64,000 nt of DNA from Candidatus Marinacidobacterales bacterium (GCA_965226495.1 OZ245365.1:32001-96000); one strand, 5' to 3'. Shown: positions 18,622 to 30,023, counted from the first letter of the stretch. Notes: generated by a model from the letters alone, not told the origin. Translations and numbers: made by a program.

Positions 18622-21600
18622 ATGAGCGACGTAGCGGGAAGTCTCAGACGGATCGGTGGGGCGACATTGGTCTTCATACTGGTAGCCGGCTCCACCGGGG
18701 CTCAACAGGCGCAATTCCGACCCTACTATGGCAAGAACAAGGTCCAATACGACCACCATGCCTGGCACGTGTACCGTTCGCCTCACTTCGAGGTGTATTA
18801 CTACCCCGAGTTCGAGCAACATCTCGGCCGCGTGGTGAGCTATGCCGAGAGCGCTTACGAGAGGGTATCGAACGAGCTCAAGCACGAAATCTCTTTTCCC
18901 ATTCCGCTGATTCTCTATAAGACCTTCTCCGAGTTCGCACAGACCAACCTGTTGCCCTTCGAAGTTCCGGAAGGCATCCTCGCGTTCGCCGAGCCGGTGC
19001 GGGATCGGATGGTGTTGCCCATCGATGAGCCGCCGGACAAGCTCCAAGAGCTCATCATTCACGAGCTGACTCATATCTTCGAGTTCGACATCATCCCCCG
19101 CTCGTTGGTGCGTCGTTCGGTTCCTTTGTGGATCGATGAGGGACTCGCCGACTACATGACCGGCAAGTGGGATTCGTTGGATCTGATGACGATCCGCGAT
19201 GCTGCGGTCACGGATAATATCCCGACTTTTGAGGAGCTCAACCTGGGATTCTCCAGAACACCCTACAACTTCGGTCATGCCATCTTCGAGTTCATGGAGG
19301 AGCGGTTTGGTAAAGAAGGCATCCGCCGGTTCTTGTTCTCCCTCCGTCGGGCCGTGGTGGGAGGGGTGGGCTCCGACGTCTATCAGCAGGCATTCCGAAT
19401 GGACCCTGATGAGTTCGATCGGCAATTCCGCAAATGGATTAAGGAGCGTTTCAAGCCCTTTCGGGACAAGGAAATCCCTTCCGACTACAGCCAGGACTAT
19501 TCTCCCAATCCGCGGCGGCAAGGAAAGTGGGTGGCGGCGCTCACGGCGGCTCCGTCCCCCTCGCGGGAACTGGCAGCGGTTCTGAGCTTCAACCGGCGTG
19601 ACGGAGAGCTCGACGTCGTCCTCATCTCCGGCAAGGATGGTTCGGTGATTAGAAACCTCACTCCCGGCTATACCGGGGAGTTCGAGTACATCCCGCTAGT
19701 TGGGCAGGATTCGTTTCTGGGGGCCGCCTTGGCGTGGACACCCGACGGCGCGCACGTGGCTTTTTTCGGTAGGTACCAGAAACGTCGCGCCCTAGTTCTC
19801 GTCAATGTACTCAACGCCAAGGTCGCTCGCCGCTACGTGATGCAGGACGACCAAGCGGCCTTTCCGAATTTCGGGCCCGATGGTAAGTACGTCTACTACG
19901 CGGCGTTGAAAGACGGTGTCGGTGACATCTTTCGAATGGACCTCGACACCGAAGAGGTCAACAACATCACCCAGGACGAATTTCGCGACAAGTTCCCGGT
20001 CGTCGATTCGGAGAGTGAGTGGCTCTACTATTCTCGCCGCATCAGCAGCTACGACAAGCTCTACCGCCTGAAACTCGACAACCCCGAGGAAAAAGAACAG
20101 TTGACCTTCGGTCCCTACGACGATTCTGCTCCGACTTTCTCGACGGACGGCAACCTACTTTTCCACGTTTCCAACGAGGACGACAGTATTTACAACCTTC
20201 GCTCGCTGGACCTGGAAACGGGGGATATTCTCCAGTACACCGACGCGCTGGGAGGAAATTTTGCTCCTGCGGTCGTCCTTGACGACAAAGGAACCGAGCA
20301 GCTCCTCTTCACCAGCTACTACAAAGGTGACTATGGACTTTATCGTTTGAGTCTCGAAGAACCAGTCAAGGAGATCACCGCCGATCAGATCATCCGCACC
20401 GAGGGGCCGGTCATCGACTTCGTGCCTCCCGTTCTCCATCAAGTTATTCCGGAGAACAAACGGAAAAAGGGGACATTCGAAAAGCTCTACGTCGCCGGTG
20501 CACCGCCGATCGCGGTAGGAGTCAATAGCGACGGTAGCTTCTTCGGAGGCACCGGCATCCAGTTCAACGACGTGTTGGGCGATCAAAATTTCAGCTTCTT
20601 CGCCTTGTCGGTTCGTGAGTTTCGAAATTTCTCCGGAAATTACACTAACCTTGGACACCGACTGCAGTACTCGGTCACCGGCTTCGATACCACCAGCTTT
20701 TTCTTCACCAATCCGTTCATCCTCGGCCAGCAACGCAATTCGTTCAGCCGTGCCGGTGAGATTGCGACCTTGAAGCAGACTGGTGCGACCATCGCGGCCA
20801 TCTACCCACTAGATCGTTACCGGCGCTTCGAGTTCTACACCGGCTACATCAACCAACGGACTCAGTTCCAGAATCCGTTTCTCGACCCCGACATCAACGT
20901 GGGTGGCGTCGGGTTCGATCCGGGAGTATTTGCCGCTTTTCAGAACTCACTCGACCGGCGCTTTCCGACCGGGGACATCCTGCCGATAGGTGTCACGTAC
21001 GTTTCCGAGACGACTCGCTTTCGGAATTTTGGGCCGCTGGCTGGCAGCACGATGCTCGTCGGCTTCAACGTATCGCCGGGCGGGCCCTTTCTTTCTCGCT
21101 ACACGCTGCAGGCCGATCTGAGAAAGTATCTGCAGCTCACCGGTAGCAGCTTGGCGGCACTGCGCGTGCGGGGTTTTAGTAGCCGTGGGGACAATCCCGA
21201 CTTCTTCTGGTTCGGCGGCGACAATACGATGAGGGGCTACCCCTTTCAGGGATTCGTTGGTAACCGTGGATTCCACGCCAACGCCGAGCTTCGTTTCCCC
21301 ATCATCGACGCCGCGATCACACCGATCGGACTTTTCGGGCCGTTGCGAGGGACGGTGTTCGTCAATTGGGGAGGGGCGGCGTTCGAAGACGAGGCGTTTC
21401 AGGTGTTTGCGAGCGACCTCCGGATCTCGAGAGTGGACGGCCGCGTCGTAGACGGGTGGGGCACCAAGGATACCGTGGCGTCCTGGGGTTTCAGCTTAGG
21501 CTTGAACGCCTTCGGACTCCCGCTTCATTTCGACTGGGTGAAGGTCACCGACTTCGCCTCGACCGTCACGAACAATCTCTCGCTTCGAAACGAGACGCAG

Positions 21601-21630
21601 TTCAAGTTCTGGATGGGGTTCGATTACTAG
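18622..21630 (+). CDS. outer-membrane protein: Zn-peptidase (MA-like) domain, PD40/TolB propeller and Omp85/BamA-type barrel
   Basis: Signal peptide; HELTH...WIDEGLADY; PD40 repeats; GGDNTMRGY barrel lid motif, NAELRFP, aromatic C-terminus (MGFDY). Confidence 0.88.
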   Translation: MSDVAGSLRRIGGATLVFILVAGSTGAQQAQFRPYYGKNKVQYDHHAWHVYRSPHFEVYYYPEFEQHLGRVVSYAESAYERVSNELKHEISFPIPLILYKTFSEFAQTNLLPFEVPEGILAFAEPVRDRMVLPIDEPPDKLQELIIHELTHIFEFDIIPRSLVRRSVPLWIDEGLADYMTGKWDSLDLMTIRDAAVTDNIPTFEELNLGFSRTPYNFGHAIFEFMEERFGKEGIRRFLFSLRRAVVGGVGSDVYQQAFRMDPDEFDRQFRKWIKERFKPFRDKEIPSDYSQDYSPNPRRQGKWVAALTAAPSPSRELAAVLSFNRRDGELDVVLISGKDGSVIRNLTPGYTGEFEYIPLVGQDSFLGAALAWTPDGAHVAFFGRYQKRRALVLVNVLNAKVARRYVMQDDQAAFPNFGPDGKYVYYAALKDGVGDIFRMDLDTEEVNNITQDEFRDKFPVVDSESEWLYYSRRISSYDKLYRLKLDNPEEKEQLTFGPYDDSAPTFSTDGNLLFHVSNEDDSIYNLRSLDLETGDILQYTDALGGNFAPAVVLDDKGTEQLLFTSYYKGDYGLYRLSLEEPVKEITADQIIRTEGPVIDFVPPVLHQVIPENKRKKGTFEKLYVAGAPPIAVGVNSDGSFFGGTGIQFNDVLGDQNFSFFALSVREFRNFSGNYTNLGHRLQYSVTGFDTTSFFFTNPFILGQQRNSFSRAGEIATLKQTGATIAAIYPLDRYRRFEFYTGYINQRTQFQNPFLDPDINVGGVGFDPGVFAAFQNSLDRRFPTGDILPIGVTYVSETTRFRNFGPLAGSTMLVGFNVSPGGPFLSRYTLQADLRKYLQLTGSSLAALRVRGFSSRGDNPDFFWFGGDNTMRGYPFQGFVGNRGFHANAELRFPIIDAAITPIGLFGPLRGTVFVNWGGAAFEDEAFQVFASDLRISRVDGRVVDGWGTKDTVASWGFSLGLNAFGLPLHFDWVKVTDFASTVTNNLSLRNETQFKFWMGFDY

Positions 21631-21640
21631 GAAATCACTT

Positions 21641-21808
21641 AGTGCGCGTGGGGCCCCACCGCCGCCTGGCTAGCTCTGGTCAAAGCAACCACGTAATTTG
21701 GCGGCCGGCAGGCGGCTACCCATGGGCTCGCTCGTCCATCAATGGCGCGGGGCCCCACCCCCACGCCTCATGCTCCGTCGGCAGGCGACTCCGCATGGGC
21801 TCAAGGCT
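21641..21808 (-). repeat. composite intergenic repeat (A-core-B-core)
   Basis: Two GGGGCCCCACC cores, the GTCGGCAGGCGAC hairpin and module B; collinear with 47785-47943 in the opposite orientation. Confidence 0.85.
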
Positions 21809-21906
21809 GCGCTCGCGCCTAAAACCACGGCCGGGTTCCCTTGGCTTCCTCACTTCGTGGCCAATTCCTCCCGGCCGGGCGGGCCTGCGGCCAGCAAGCA
21901 GGCGGG

Positions 21907-21935
21907 TTGACAGGGGCGTTTCAGCTCCATAAAAT
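21907..21935 (+). promoter_or_regulatory. sigma70 promoter of rplU-rpmA-obgE
   Basis: TTGACA-N17-TAAAAT. Confidence 0.85.
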
Positions 21936-21973
21936 AGGGGGATCTCTACGGTATGTAGATGGGAGGAAAGCTC

Positions 21974-22291
21974 TTGTACGCGATTTTCGAAAGCGGTGGA
22001 AAACAGATTCAAGCCTCTCCCGGTGAACGGGTTCGAGTCGAGAAGCTCGAGGCCGAGGTCGGGTCCAAGGTTCGGTTCGAGCGGGTGTTGTTGCTGAACC
22101 AGGATGGGAAGGTTCAAGTCGGCAAGCCATACCTCGATGGAACCATCGTCGTGGGAACGGTCCTCGAGCAGGCTCGAGATCGAAAAGTTTTGGTCTTCAA
22201 GAAAAAGCGTCGAAAACAGTACCGCCGGACTCATGGACACCGGCAACCCTTTACCGCCGTCGAAATCGAGAAAATCGAAGGCGAGAAGTAG
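21974..22291 (+). CDS. rplU: 50S ribosomal protein L21
   Basis: YAIFESGGKQ, VFKKKRRKQYRRTHGHRQPFT; TTG start after SD GGAGG. Confidence 0.97.
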   Translation: MYAIFESGGKQIQASPGERVRVEKLEAEVGSKVRFERVLLLNQDGKVQVGKPYLDGTIVVGTVLEQARDRKVLVFKKKRRKQYRRTHGHRQPFTAVEIEKIEGEK

Positions 22292-22348
22292 ACAAGGACC
22301 CGCGGTCCCCGCAAGTTAACAAAGTCAACAAGGTCAAAAGGACTCTTC

Positions 22349-22612
22349 ATGGCACACAAGAAAGGTCAAGGCAGCTCCCGGAACGGGCGGGACAGCAACT
22401 CACAACGTCTCGGCGTCAAAGCGTTCGGTGGCCAGTTGGTCACGGGAGGTACTATCCTCGTCCGCCAGAGGGGGACTCGCTTCAAACCAGGAGACAACGT
22501 GGGGCGCGGTAAAGACGATACGCTTTTCGCCCGTTCCAACGGCATCGTTCAGTTCCGGGATCGAGGTCAGCGCGGGCGCTTCATTAGCATTATTCCCCGA
22601 GCGACTTCGTAG
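22349..22612 (+). CDS. rpmA: 50S ribosomal protein L27
   Basis: [24 protein letters not shown]. Confidence 0.98.
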   Translation: MAHKKGQGSSRNGRDSNSQRLGVKAFGGQLVTGGTILVRQRGTRFKPGDNVGRGKDDTLFARSNGIVQFRDRGQRGRFISIIPRATS

Positions 22613-24375
<1,763 letters not shown>

Positions 24376-24401
24376 CCGCCAGGTAAGGGCCAGGTAACTA
24401 A

Positions 24402-24770
24402 TTGACACAGAAGAAGCTAACACTGCGAAGCATGGGGAAGGAACTACGGGTGGCGGTCAAGGCGTCCCAGGAAAAGAAGGCCGCCGATCTTGTGGTATTG
24501 GATTTGAGAGGGCTGGCCAGCTTTACCGATTTCTTTTTACTCGCTTGTGGAACATCGACTCGACAGTTGAAGGCGATCGCGGATGCGGTCGAAGAAGCGC
24601 TCGCGAGCAAGGGCATCAAGCCAGGCCACGTGGAGGGTTATCAGCAAGGCGACTGGATCTTGATGGACTACGTGGATTTCGTGGTTCACGTCTTCACTCC
24701 TCGTAGCCGAGCCTATTACAACTTGGAGCGTCTCTGGGGCGATGCGGAGCGTTTAGCGATAGCGAGTTGA
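24402..24770 (+). CDS. rsfS: ribosome silencing factor
   Basis: KKAADLVVLDL, WILMDYVDFVVHVF, YYNLERLW; follows nadD. Confidence 0.95.
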   Translation: MTQKKLTLRSMGKELRVAVKASQEKKAADLVVLDLRGLASFTDFFLLACGTSTRQLKAIADAVEEALASKGIKPGHVEGYQQGDWILMDYVDFVVHVFTPRSRAYYNLERLWGDAERLAIAS

Positions 24771-24845
24771 GGAGTTCGCGTAGGGAGCTGAAGGCTGCGC
24801 GTGGAGCCATCAGCTGTCCCGAAGCCGCTTGCCGGCGAAGGGACG

Positions 24846-24872
24846 GCGGTGGGGGTGGGGCCCTGCCGCACT
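24846..24872 (+). repeat. core hairpin copy of the dispersed repeat family
   Basis: GCGGTGGGGGTGGGGCCCTGCCGCACT. Confidence 0.75.
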
Positions 24873-24888
24873 AATATTGAGGCACTAA

Positions 24889-25881
24889 ATGTCCAAATCT
24901 TCTGACGCGACCGACACGAAGAGTGGAGCCGTGGCGCGTGAGCTCTCGAGTGCTTTCGTTGCTCACGACCCCCAGATGGTCGAAATCGTCGCCCTACTTC
25001 AACGCCTCGCCAACGCACCCACCAATGTTTTGCTTTCCGGGGAAAGCGGAACCGGAAAGGATTTAGCCGCCAGCGCGCTTCACTACTGGGGCAAGCGGGC
25101 CGCTGAGCCGATGGTCAAGGTGGATCTTCCGACCATCCCGGCCGAGCTCATGGAAAGTGAGCTGTTCGGATACGAGAAGGGTGCCTTTACCGGAGCTCAG
25201 GGGACCAAGCTAGGCAAGCTAGAGCTTGCAGGCGAGGGGACGATCTTCTTAGATCAAATCGGAGAGCCGGTGCCGGCGCTTCAGGCGAAGCTGCTTCGGG
25301 TGGTGGAAGACAAGACCTACGAACGCGTCGGTGGGACGCGGACGCTTACCGTTCAAGCACGCATGGTTGCATCGAGTACGGGTAACTTGATGGAAGCGGT
25401 AGAGCGCAAGTCTTTTCGACGTGACCTGTTTCACCGTCTGAGTATTTTCTGGATTCAGTTACCGCCGCTTCGGGAGCGCCGGGACGATATCGTTCCGTTA
25501 GCGCAGCACGTTCTTCGGCGAGAGGGCGAGCGGCTGGGCGGAAATTTCCCCGAGGAATTCGCGGACGGTGTATTGGAAGCGTTCCGCAACTACGTTTGGC
25601 CGGGGAATGTCCGCGAGCTCAAAGGAGCCGTGGAACGCGCTGGGCTGGTGGCACAGGGATCCCGCATAGAACGCGACGACCTGCCCGATTCCGTATTGGA
25701 CAGTCCTTCGGTAACGTTTCGCCTGGGAAGTAAGGATAAACCGACTCTGGTCGATGTCGAAAAAAGCTACATCGAGCGGACTCTCCGTTACGTAGGGGGA
25801 AATCAAACCCGAGCCGCGAAGATTTTGGGAATCAGCCGGAAGGCGCTCTGGGAGAAGCGCAGGCGGTATGGTATGGACTAA
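24889..25881 (+). CDS. sigma54-dependent enhancer-binding protein (AAA+ plus Fis HTH) with no sensory domain and an atypical Walker B
   Basis: GESGTGKD, ESELFGYEKGAFTGA, TIFLDQI, FRRDLFHRL, WPGNVREL, GNQTRAAKILGISR. Confidence 0.92.
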   Translation: MSKSSDATDTKSGAVARELSSAFVAHDPQMVEIVALLQRLANAPTNVLLSGESGTGKDLAASALHYWGKRAAEPMVKVDLPTIPAELMESELFGYEKGAFTGAQGTKLGKLELAGEGTIFLDQIGEPVPALQAKLLRVVEDKTYERVGGTRTLTVQARMVASSTGNLMEAVERKSFRRDLFHRLSIFWIQLPPLRERRDDIVPLAQHVLRREGERLGGNFPEEFADGVLEAFRNYVWPGNVRELKGAVERAGLVAQGSRIERDDLPDSVLDSPSVTFRLGSKDKPTLVDVEKSYIERTLRYVGGNQTRAAKILGISRKALWEKRRRYGMD

Positions 25882-25893
25882 ACTGGAGCGTAG

Positions 25894-27258
25894 ATGAGAT
25901 TCAAGACCCTGTTTAGCCTGCTGATGATATTTGTGGCGGTCTGGTTTTTGGCGTCCACGATCGCCATGAACCGGGCTCCGGTGGAGATCAGCCTGGCCCT
26001 CCTCCAGCCCCTCAGCTTGGAGCTGTGGATGGCGCTGTTAGGGGCCTTTGGCGCCGGGGCGGCAGTCATTCTCTTTTTCGATCTCGCCGGTGGGGCGCGG
26101 CGCTTCGCGCAAAACTGGAGGGCCCATCGGCTCAACCGTGCACACGAGAAGACCGAGGACCTCTATCTCCATGGTTTGGACGATATGGTGAACACGCGCT
26201 ACGAGGAGGCGGTGGTCTGCTTCGACAGCGTGCTCTCGCGAGAACCTGAGCACCTGAATGCACTCATCAAACGGGGCGACAGCCTCCATGTGCTAGAGCG
26301 TTATCGGGAAGCGGCGGAGTCGCTGAAGCGCGCGACCCGGCTTGCCCCTCAGCATTTGGTGGCACTCTACTGCCTGTCGGACGTCTACCTAGATCTCGGC
26401 GACTGGGAACAGGCGGAAGACGTGCTCAAGAGTATCATCCAGCTCGATCCTCGAACGACCGTCTCTGCTCATCGAAAGCTCCGCGAACTCAAGATCAGAC
26501 AGAAGAACTGGCAAGCTGCCGATGAGCTTCAGACCAAGGTAGAAAAGATGGTCACGTTGAGCGCCGAGAAGGAGAAGGCCAAAGCAGTTTGGTTGGGTAT
26601 TCGCTTCGAAGTGGGCCGAGCCCAACTCTCACGGGGCGAGCCGAAGGAGGCCATCGTCTCATTCAATTCCGTGATCAAGCGCGACCCCCAGTTCGTCCCC
26701 GCCTATCTGAAGCTTGGTGAGGCGCACGAGATGGCCGGACAGACGAAAGAGGCTCTGGTTGTTTGGCGCATGGGCTACAAGACCACCGGTTCGACGGAGT
26801 TTCTCGCGGCGATTCAGAATTTCTTCCTTGCGAACGAGGAGCCCGAGGAGGCGATCGGAGCTTGGAAGCAGGCGATTGTACTTTCCGACAACGAAGCGCC
26901 ACTACGATATTGCTTAGGGAAATTGTACTACCGACTCTTCATGTTGGACGAGGCCTTACACGAGTTCCGTCAGATCGAAGATACGGTCAGTGGTCTTCCA
27001 GCTCTCCACGTCTACATCGCGCGAGTTCTAGAGAGCCAGGGAGACTTCAAAGAAGCACTGAGCAAGAGTAAGACCGTTCTCGGCGAGGTCGGCGGATTGA
27101 TGCAGGACTATGACTGCGGCTCTTGCAAGACGACGTATTCAGAATGGAGCGACTATTGCGAGCATTGTCGGAAGTGGAACTCGGTCCAGCTCAGCGTACG
27201 TGCCGCGGTCCGACCTGAACCCACGATTCGACCCGCTCCGACTTGGTCCACCTCCTAG
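25894..27258 (+). CDS. lapB: LapA-domain/LapB-like fusion (LPS assembly/regulation TPR protein)
   Basis: Two N-terminal TM segments with N...V.I.L (LapA-like), TPRs, C-terminal rubredoxin YDCGSC...CEHCRKWNSV. Confidence 0.75.
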   Translation: MRFKTLFSLLMIFVAVWFLASTIAMNRAPVEISLALLQPLSLELWMALLGAFGAGAAVILFFDLAGGARRFAQNWRAHRLNRAHEKTEDLYLHGLDDMVNTRYEEAVVCFDSVLSREPEHLNALIKRGDSLHVLERYREAAESLKRATRLAPQHLVALYCLSDVYLDLGDWEQAEDVLKSIIQLDPRTTVSAHRKLRELKIRQKNWQAADELQTKVEKMVTLSAEKEKAKAVWLGIRFEVGRAQLSRGEPKEAIVSFNSVIKRDPQFVPAYLKLGEAHEMAGQTKEALVVWRMGYKTTGSTEFLAAIQNFFLANEEPEEAIGAWKQAIVLSDNEAPLRYCLGKLYYRLFMLDEALHEFRQIEDTVSGLPALHVYIARVLESQGDFKEALSKSKTVLGEVGGLMQDYDCGSCKTTYSEWSDYCEHCRKWNSVQLSVRAAVRPEPTIRPAPTWSTS

Positions 27259-27271
27259 GTCCCATTCCGGG

Positions 27272-28021
27272 ATGTCAGGCGTATCGCTCGAGACTGGTCC
27301 GGTGCGAACCATCCTCGCGGGCCTCGTTGCCATTGGGTTCCCATCGCCTTGTCTCATTTGCCGGGCATCTCTCGAGTGGCCGCTCGAGGGACCGATCTGC
27401 GATCTCTGCTGGCGGTCGATGCCAATGATCATGCCGCCCTATTGCCCGCGTTGCGGCATGCCCTTCGGGGAGACGGTGGCGCCCGGACTATGTGGCCCGT
27501 GCCGTGTGGAAAATGGACGCCGCTTTCGCCGTGCTCGCGCGTTGGGGCCATACGATGGGGGCCTGAAAGAGACGCTCCTCTCCCTGAAGTTCGGCGGGCG
27601 GTCCCGCCTGGCCTCGACCTTGGGGAAGAGGGCGTTTCGATCGATCCTCGCCACCGGCGAACTGGACGCGGGGGCGGCGGTTGTCCCGGTGCCACTTCAT
27701 TGGCGTCGTCGTCGTGAGCGCGGATACAACCAGGCGGAGTTATTGGCGAAGGCCATCGCAAAGGTTGCCGAGCGACCCTGCTGCTCGGCCCTGGTCAAAG
27801 TCGTGCCGCGTCCTCCTCAATCCGGGTTGAGCGCGGGTGCGCGTCGACGAAACGCGGCCGGAGCCTACCGCGCGCGGCTTCCAGCTTGGCTCCGGCGCAA
27901 GCGTCTGTTGCTGGTCGATGACGTCTTCACAACGGGCGCGACGGCCGAGGCGTGCACGCGGGCGTTGCTCGGTGCCGGTGCGCGGTCGGTGGACGTCCTC
28001 ACCGTAGCCCGCGTTCCGTAG
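27272..28021 (+). CDS. comF: ComF family protein (Zn-finger plus PRTase domain)
   Basis: CxxC clusters, VPVPLH, RGYNQA, LLVDDVFTTGAT. Confidence 0.92.
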   Translation: MSGVSLETGPVRTILAGLVAIGFPSPCLICRASLEWPLEGPICDLCWRSMPMIMPPYCPRCGMPFGETVAPGLCGPCRVENGRRFRRARALGPYDGGLKETLLSLKFGGRSRLASTLGKRAFRSILATGELDAGAAVVPVPLHWRRRRERGYNQAELLAKAIAKVAERPCCSALVKVVPRPPQSGLSAGARRRNAAGAYRARLPAWLRRKRLLLVDDVFTTGATAEACTRALLGAGARSVDVLTVARVP

Positions 28022-28082
28022 AAAGCTGAAGAGTGGCCGCTTTTTGATCCCTACTATGGAAAGGGTCTAGAATAGAGGCGAC

Positions 28083-28919
28083 GTGTTCAGAGGAGCGATG
28101 ATGTCGAGGCGGAGCATCTTTTTGTTGTTTTTCATTCTCGCGGTGGTGGTCGGATGGACCGGCCACGGATTGGCCTGGGGTGACGTGGCCTATCGACTTG
28201 CGCTAGAAGAAGCGATCGATGCGTTACCCAAGCCGCTCAAGAACTTCTACAAAGACCGGAAGGTCTATTTGACGCAGCAGCTAGAAGACGTGACCATAAC
28301 CGCACCGAGGTCTGTTTTCGAGGTCGATCTGTTGGAGCCCTTCCCCTTCGACAATCTATCGCTCGATAGAGAGTCGGCGGTTCGGACATATGGGGAGGAC
28401 AAGCTCGGCGAGGTCGGAGATCTGCCGTGGAGGATGATCGAAACCTACGAAAAACTCACCGAGGCGTTCAGGCAGATGGACCTCGAGACGATCGATATGC
28501 TTTCGGCGGAGCTCCTACTGTACGTCGCGGACCTGAGTCAACCTTTGATCGTGTCGAAGGAAGGCGACGGCGACATGATTAGTCAGGAAGGCTTTCGTGA
28601 GCGCTTCGACAGCCGGTTGCTGGACATCTATGGGAGCAAGTTGAAGGTGGACGCGTCGACCGCGATTTACCTTGACGACCCCAACGCGTACATCATCTCC
28701 ATGCTCGTCCGCTCCTATGTCTGGGTGGATAACCTTCTGCTGTACGATTATCTCTCCCGCAAAGGCGTCTCGAGCTATGACCGGTTCTACTACGAGGGGC
28801 TCTGGCTTCGCGCCGAGGAGATCGTCAATGAGCGTGTCTCGGATGCTGCAGAGGATGTCGCGAGTTATTGGTATACGGCGTGGAGCAAGGCAGGAAGGCC
28901 GGATCTACCCAAGAACTAA
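28083..28919 (+). CDS. exported S1/P1-nuclease / Zn-dependent phospholipase C-fold protein with degenerate metal sites
   Basis: Signal peptide, then WG....L...A...LP..L..FY, GDLPW, YVADLSQPL, SYWYTAW..AG.PDL. Confidence 0.6.
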   Translation: MFRGAMMSRRSIFLLFFILAVVVGWTGHGLAWGDVAYRLALEEAIDALPKPLKNFYKDRKVYLTQQLEDVTITAPRSVFEVDLLEPFPFDNLSLDRESAVRTYGEDKLGEVGDLPWRMIETYEKLTEAFRQMDLETIDMLSAELLLYVADLSQPLIVSKEGDGDMISQEGFRERFDSRLLDIYGSKLKVDASTAIYLDDPNAYIISMLVRSYVWVDNLLLYDYLSRKGVSSYDRFYYEGLWLRAEEIVNERVSDAAEDVASYWYTAWSKAGRPDLPKN

Positions 28920-29054
28920 CTTTAGCAGGGTGCTGGGGAATGCACTGCAGCCTGCGCGAGCCGAGCGAGCCCGGCCCGCATGGGCCGACGAAAGGAGCGC
29001 CGAGCGAGGAGCGAGGCGCCAAGCGCGCGAACGAGGAGTGAGCGCGCATTGATG

Positions 29055-29969
29055 CTAGTAAGCTTGGAAACTCCTGACCGTCCAGACATCGATTCCCCGA
29101 AAAACCAAACCCACATAAGCTGCGACCAGCAGCCAAAAGGCGAACCTTACCGCGGGTCTTTCGGCCAGCGCCGTGAGTAGCTTCTCGGTCGCAACGTACA
29201 TCTCGTGGGACGCGACCGCGAACGGGGGGAACCCCAAGAAACCGGCAACCGGCATCTCGAAGATTGGCGCCCAGTCGAAAAAGGGTATCTCGTAGACCCA
29301 CTTACTTCGCGCCCAGAAGTTCCAGCATTCCCAAAGGAGGCCACAGATCATTCCTGCACCGGCCAACCGATAGAGACTTCCTGGTCCCCGTTCGCGGATC
29401 GTCCGCAAGACTCCTTTTCCGCCCAGGCGAAAGTTGAGGGCGGCAAAAAATACCGGAGGCCCTAACCAGATCAAGGGGAAGAAGTAGAGGGGCCAAATCC
29501 AGGGCAACAGGCTTCCGAGCAGTCCCATCCACAGCAGGCGGTTCGGCAGCTTGGGCGGGAGGGTTGAACTTGGAGCCGATGGGGGTCGCCAAAAGACTTC
29601 GAGGAGCTGGGCAGTCACGAAGATGCCGGGCAAGACAGTAGCGTAGGAGAGTGCATAGCCAAACCATCTCACGGCGAGTTCGGAAGGGATCTCGACGTAG
29701 TACCAATTCCCGAGGCGGAAGTTTGTTAACTCGAATGTGGCCCAAATGGCGATGGACAACAACAACAACCTCGGTGCCTGAGGGTTGGAGAGGACGATGC
29801 TCGTCCCGCCCCGCCTCCGGAGCCACGCGTCGGCGAACACGATGTAGCTCCACCAAGCGAAGGAGTAGTACCAAGTAGCGAATGGCTCCCACCCGGCCAA
29901 CATGCTTGCGGTGGCCACGGCAAAGACCGCCGCCGCCCCACCCATTGCTATCAAGTCCAATCGAATCAC
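29055..29969 (-). CDS. polytopic membrane protein of unknown function
   Basis: About 9 hydrophobic segments; repeated FE..N....NW.Y / WE.WNFWA.SKW.Y motifs. Confidence 0.8.
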   Translation of the reverse strand: MIRLDLIAMGGAAAVFAVATASMLAGWEPFATWYYSFAWWSYIVFADAWLRRRGGTSIVLSNPQAPRLLLLSIAIWATFELTNFRLGNWYYVEIPSELAVRWFGYALSYATVLPGIFVTAQLLEVFWRPPSAPSSTLPPKLPNRLLWMGLLGSLLPWIWPLYFFPLIWLGPPVFFAALNFRLGGKGVLRTIRERGPGSLYRLAGAGMICGLLWECWNFWARSKWVYEIPFFDWAPIFEMPVAGFLGFPPFAVASHEMYVATEKLLTALAERPAVRFAFWLLVAAYVGLVFRGIDVWTVRSFQAY

Positions 29970-30014
29970 CGTTTTGCCCCGGAAGCCCTAATTCAGGAAA
30001 CTGAAACTCCTAAA

Positions 30015-30023
30015 TGCTACAAT
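30015..30023 (+). promoter_or_regulatory. extended -10 element for the ECF operon
   Basis: TGCTACAAT. Confidence 0.45.
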
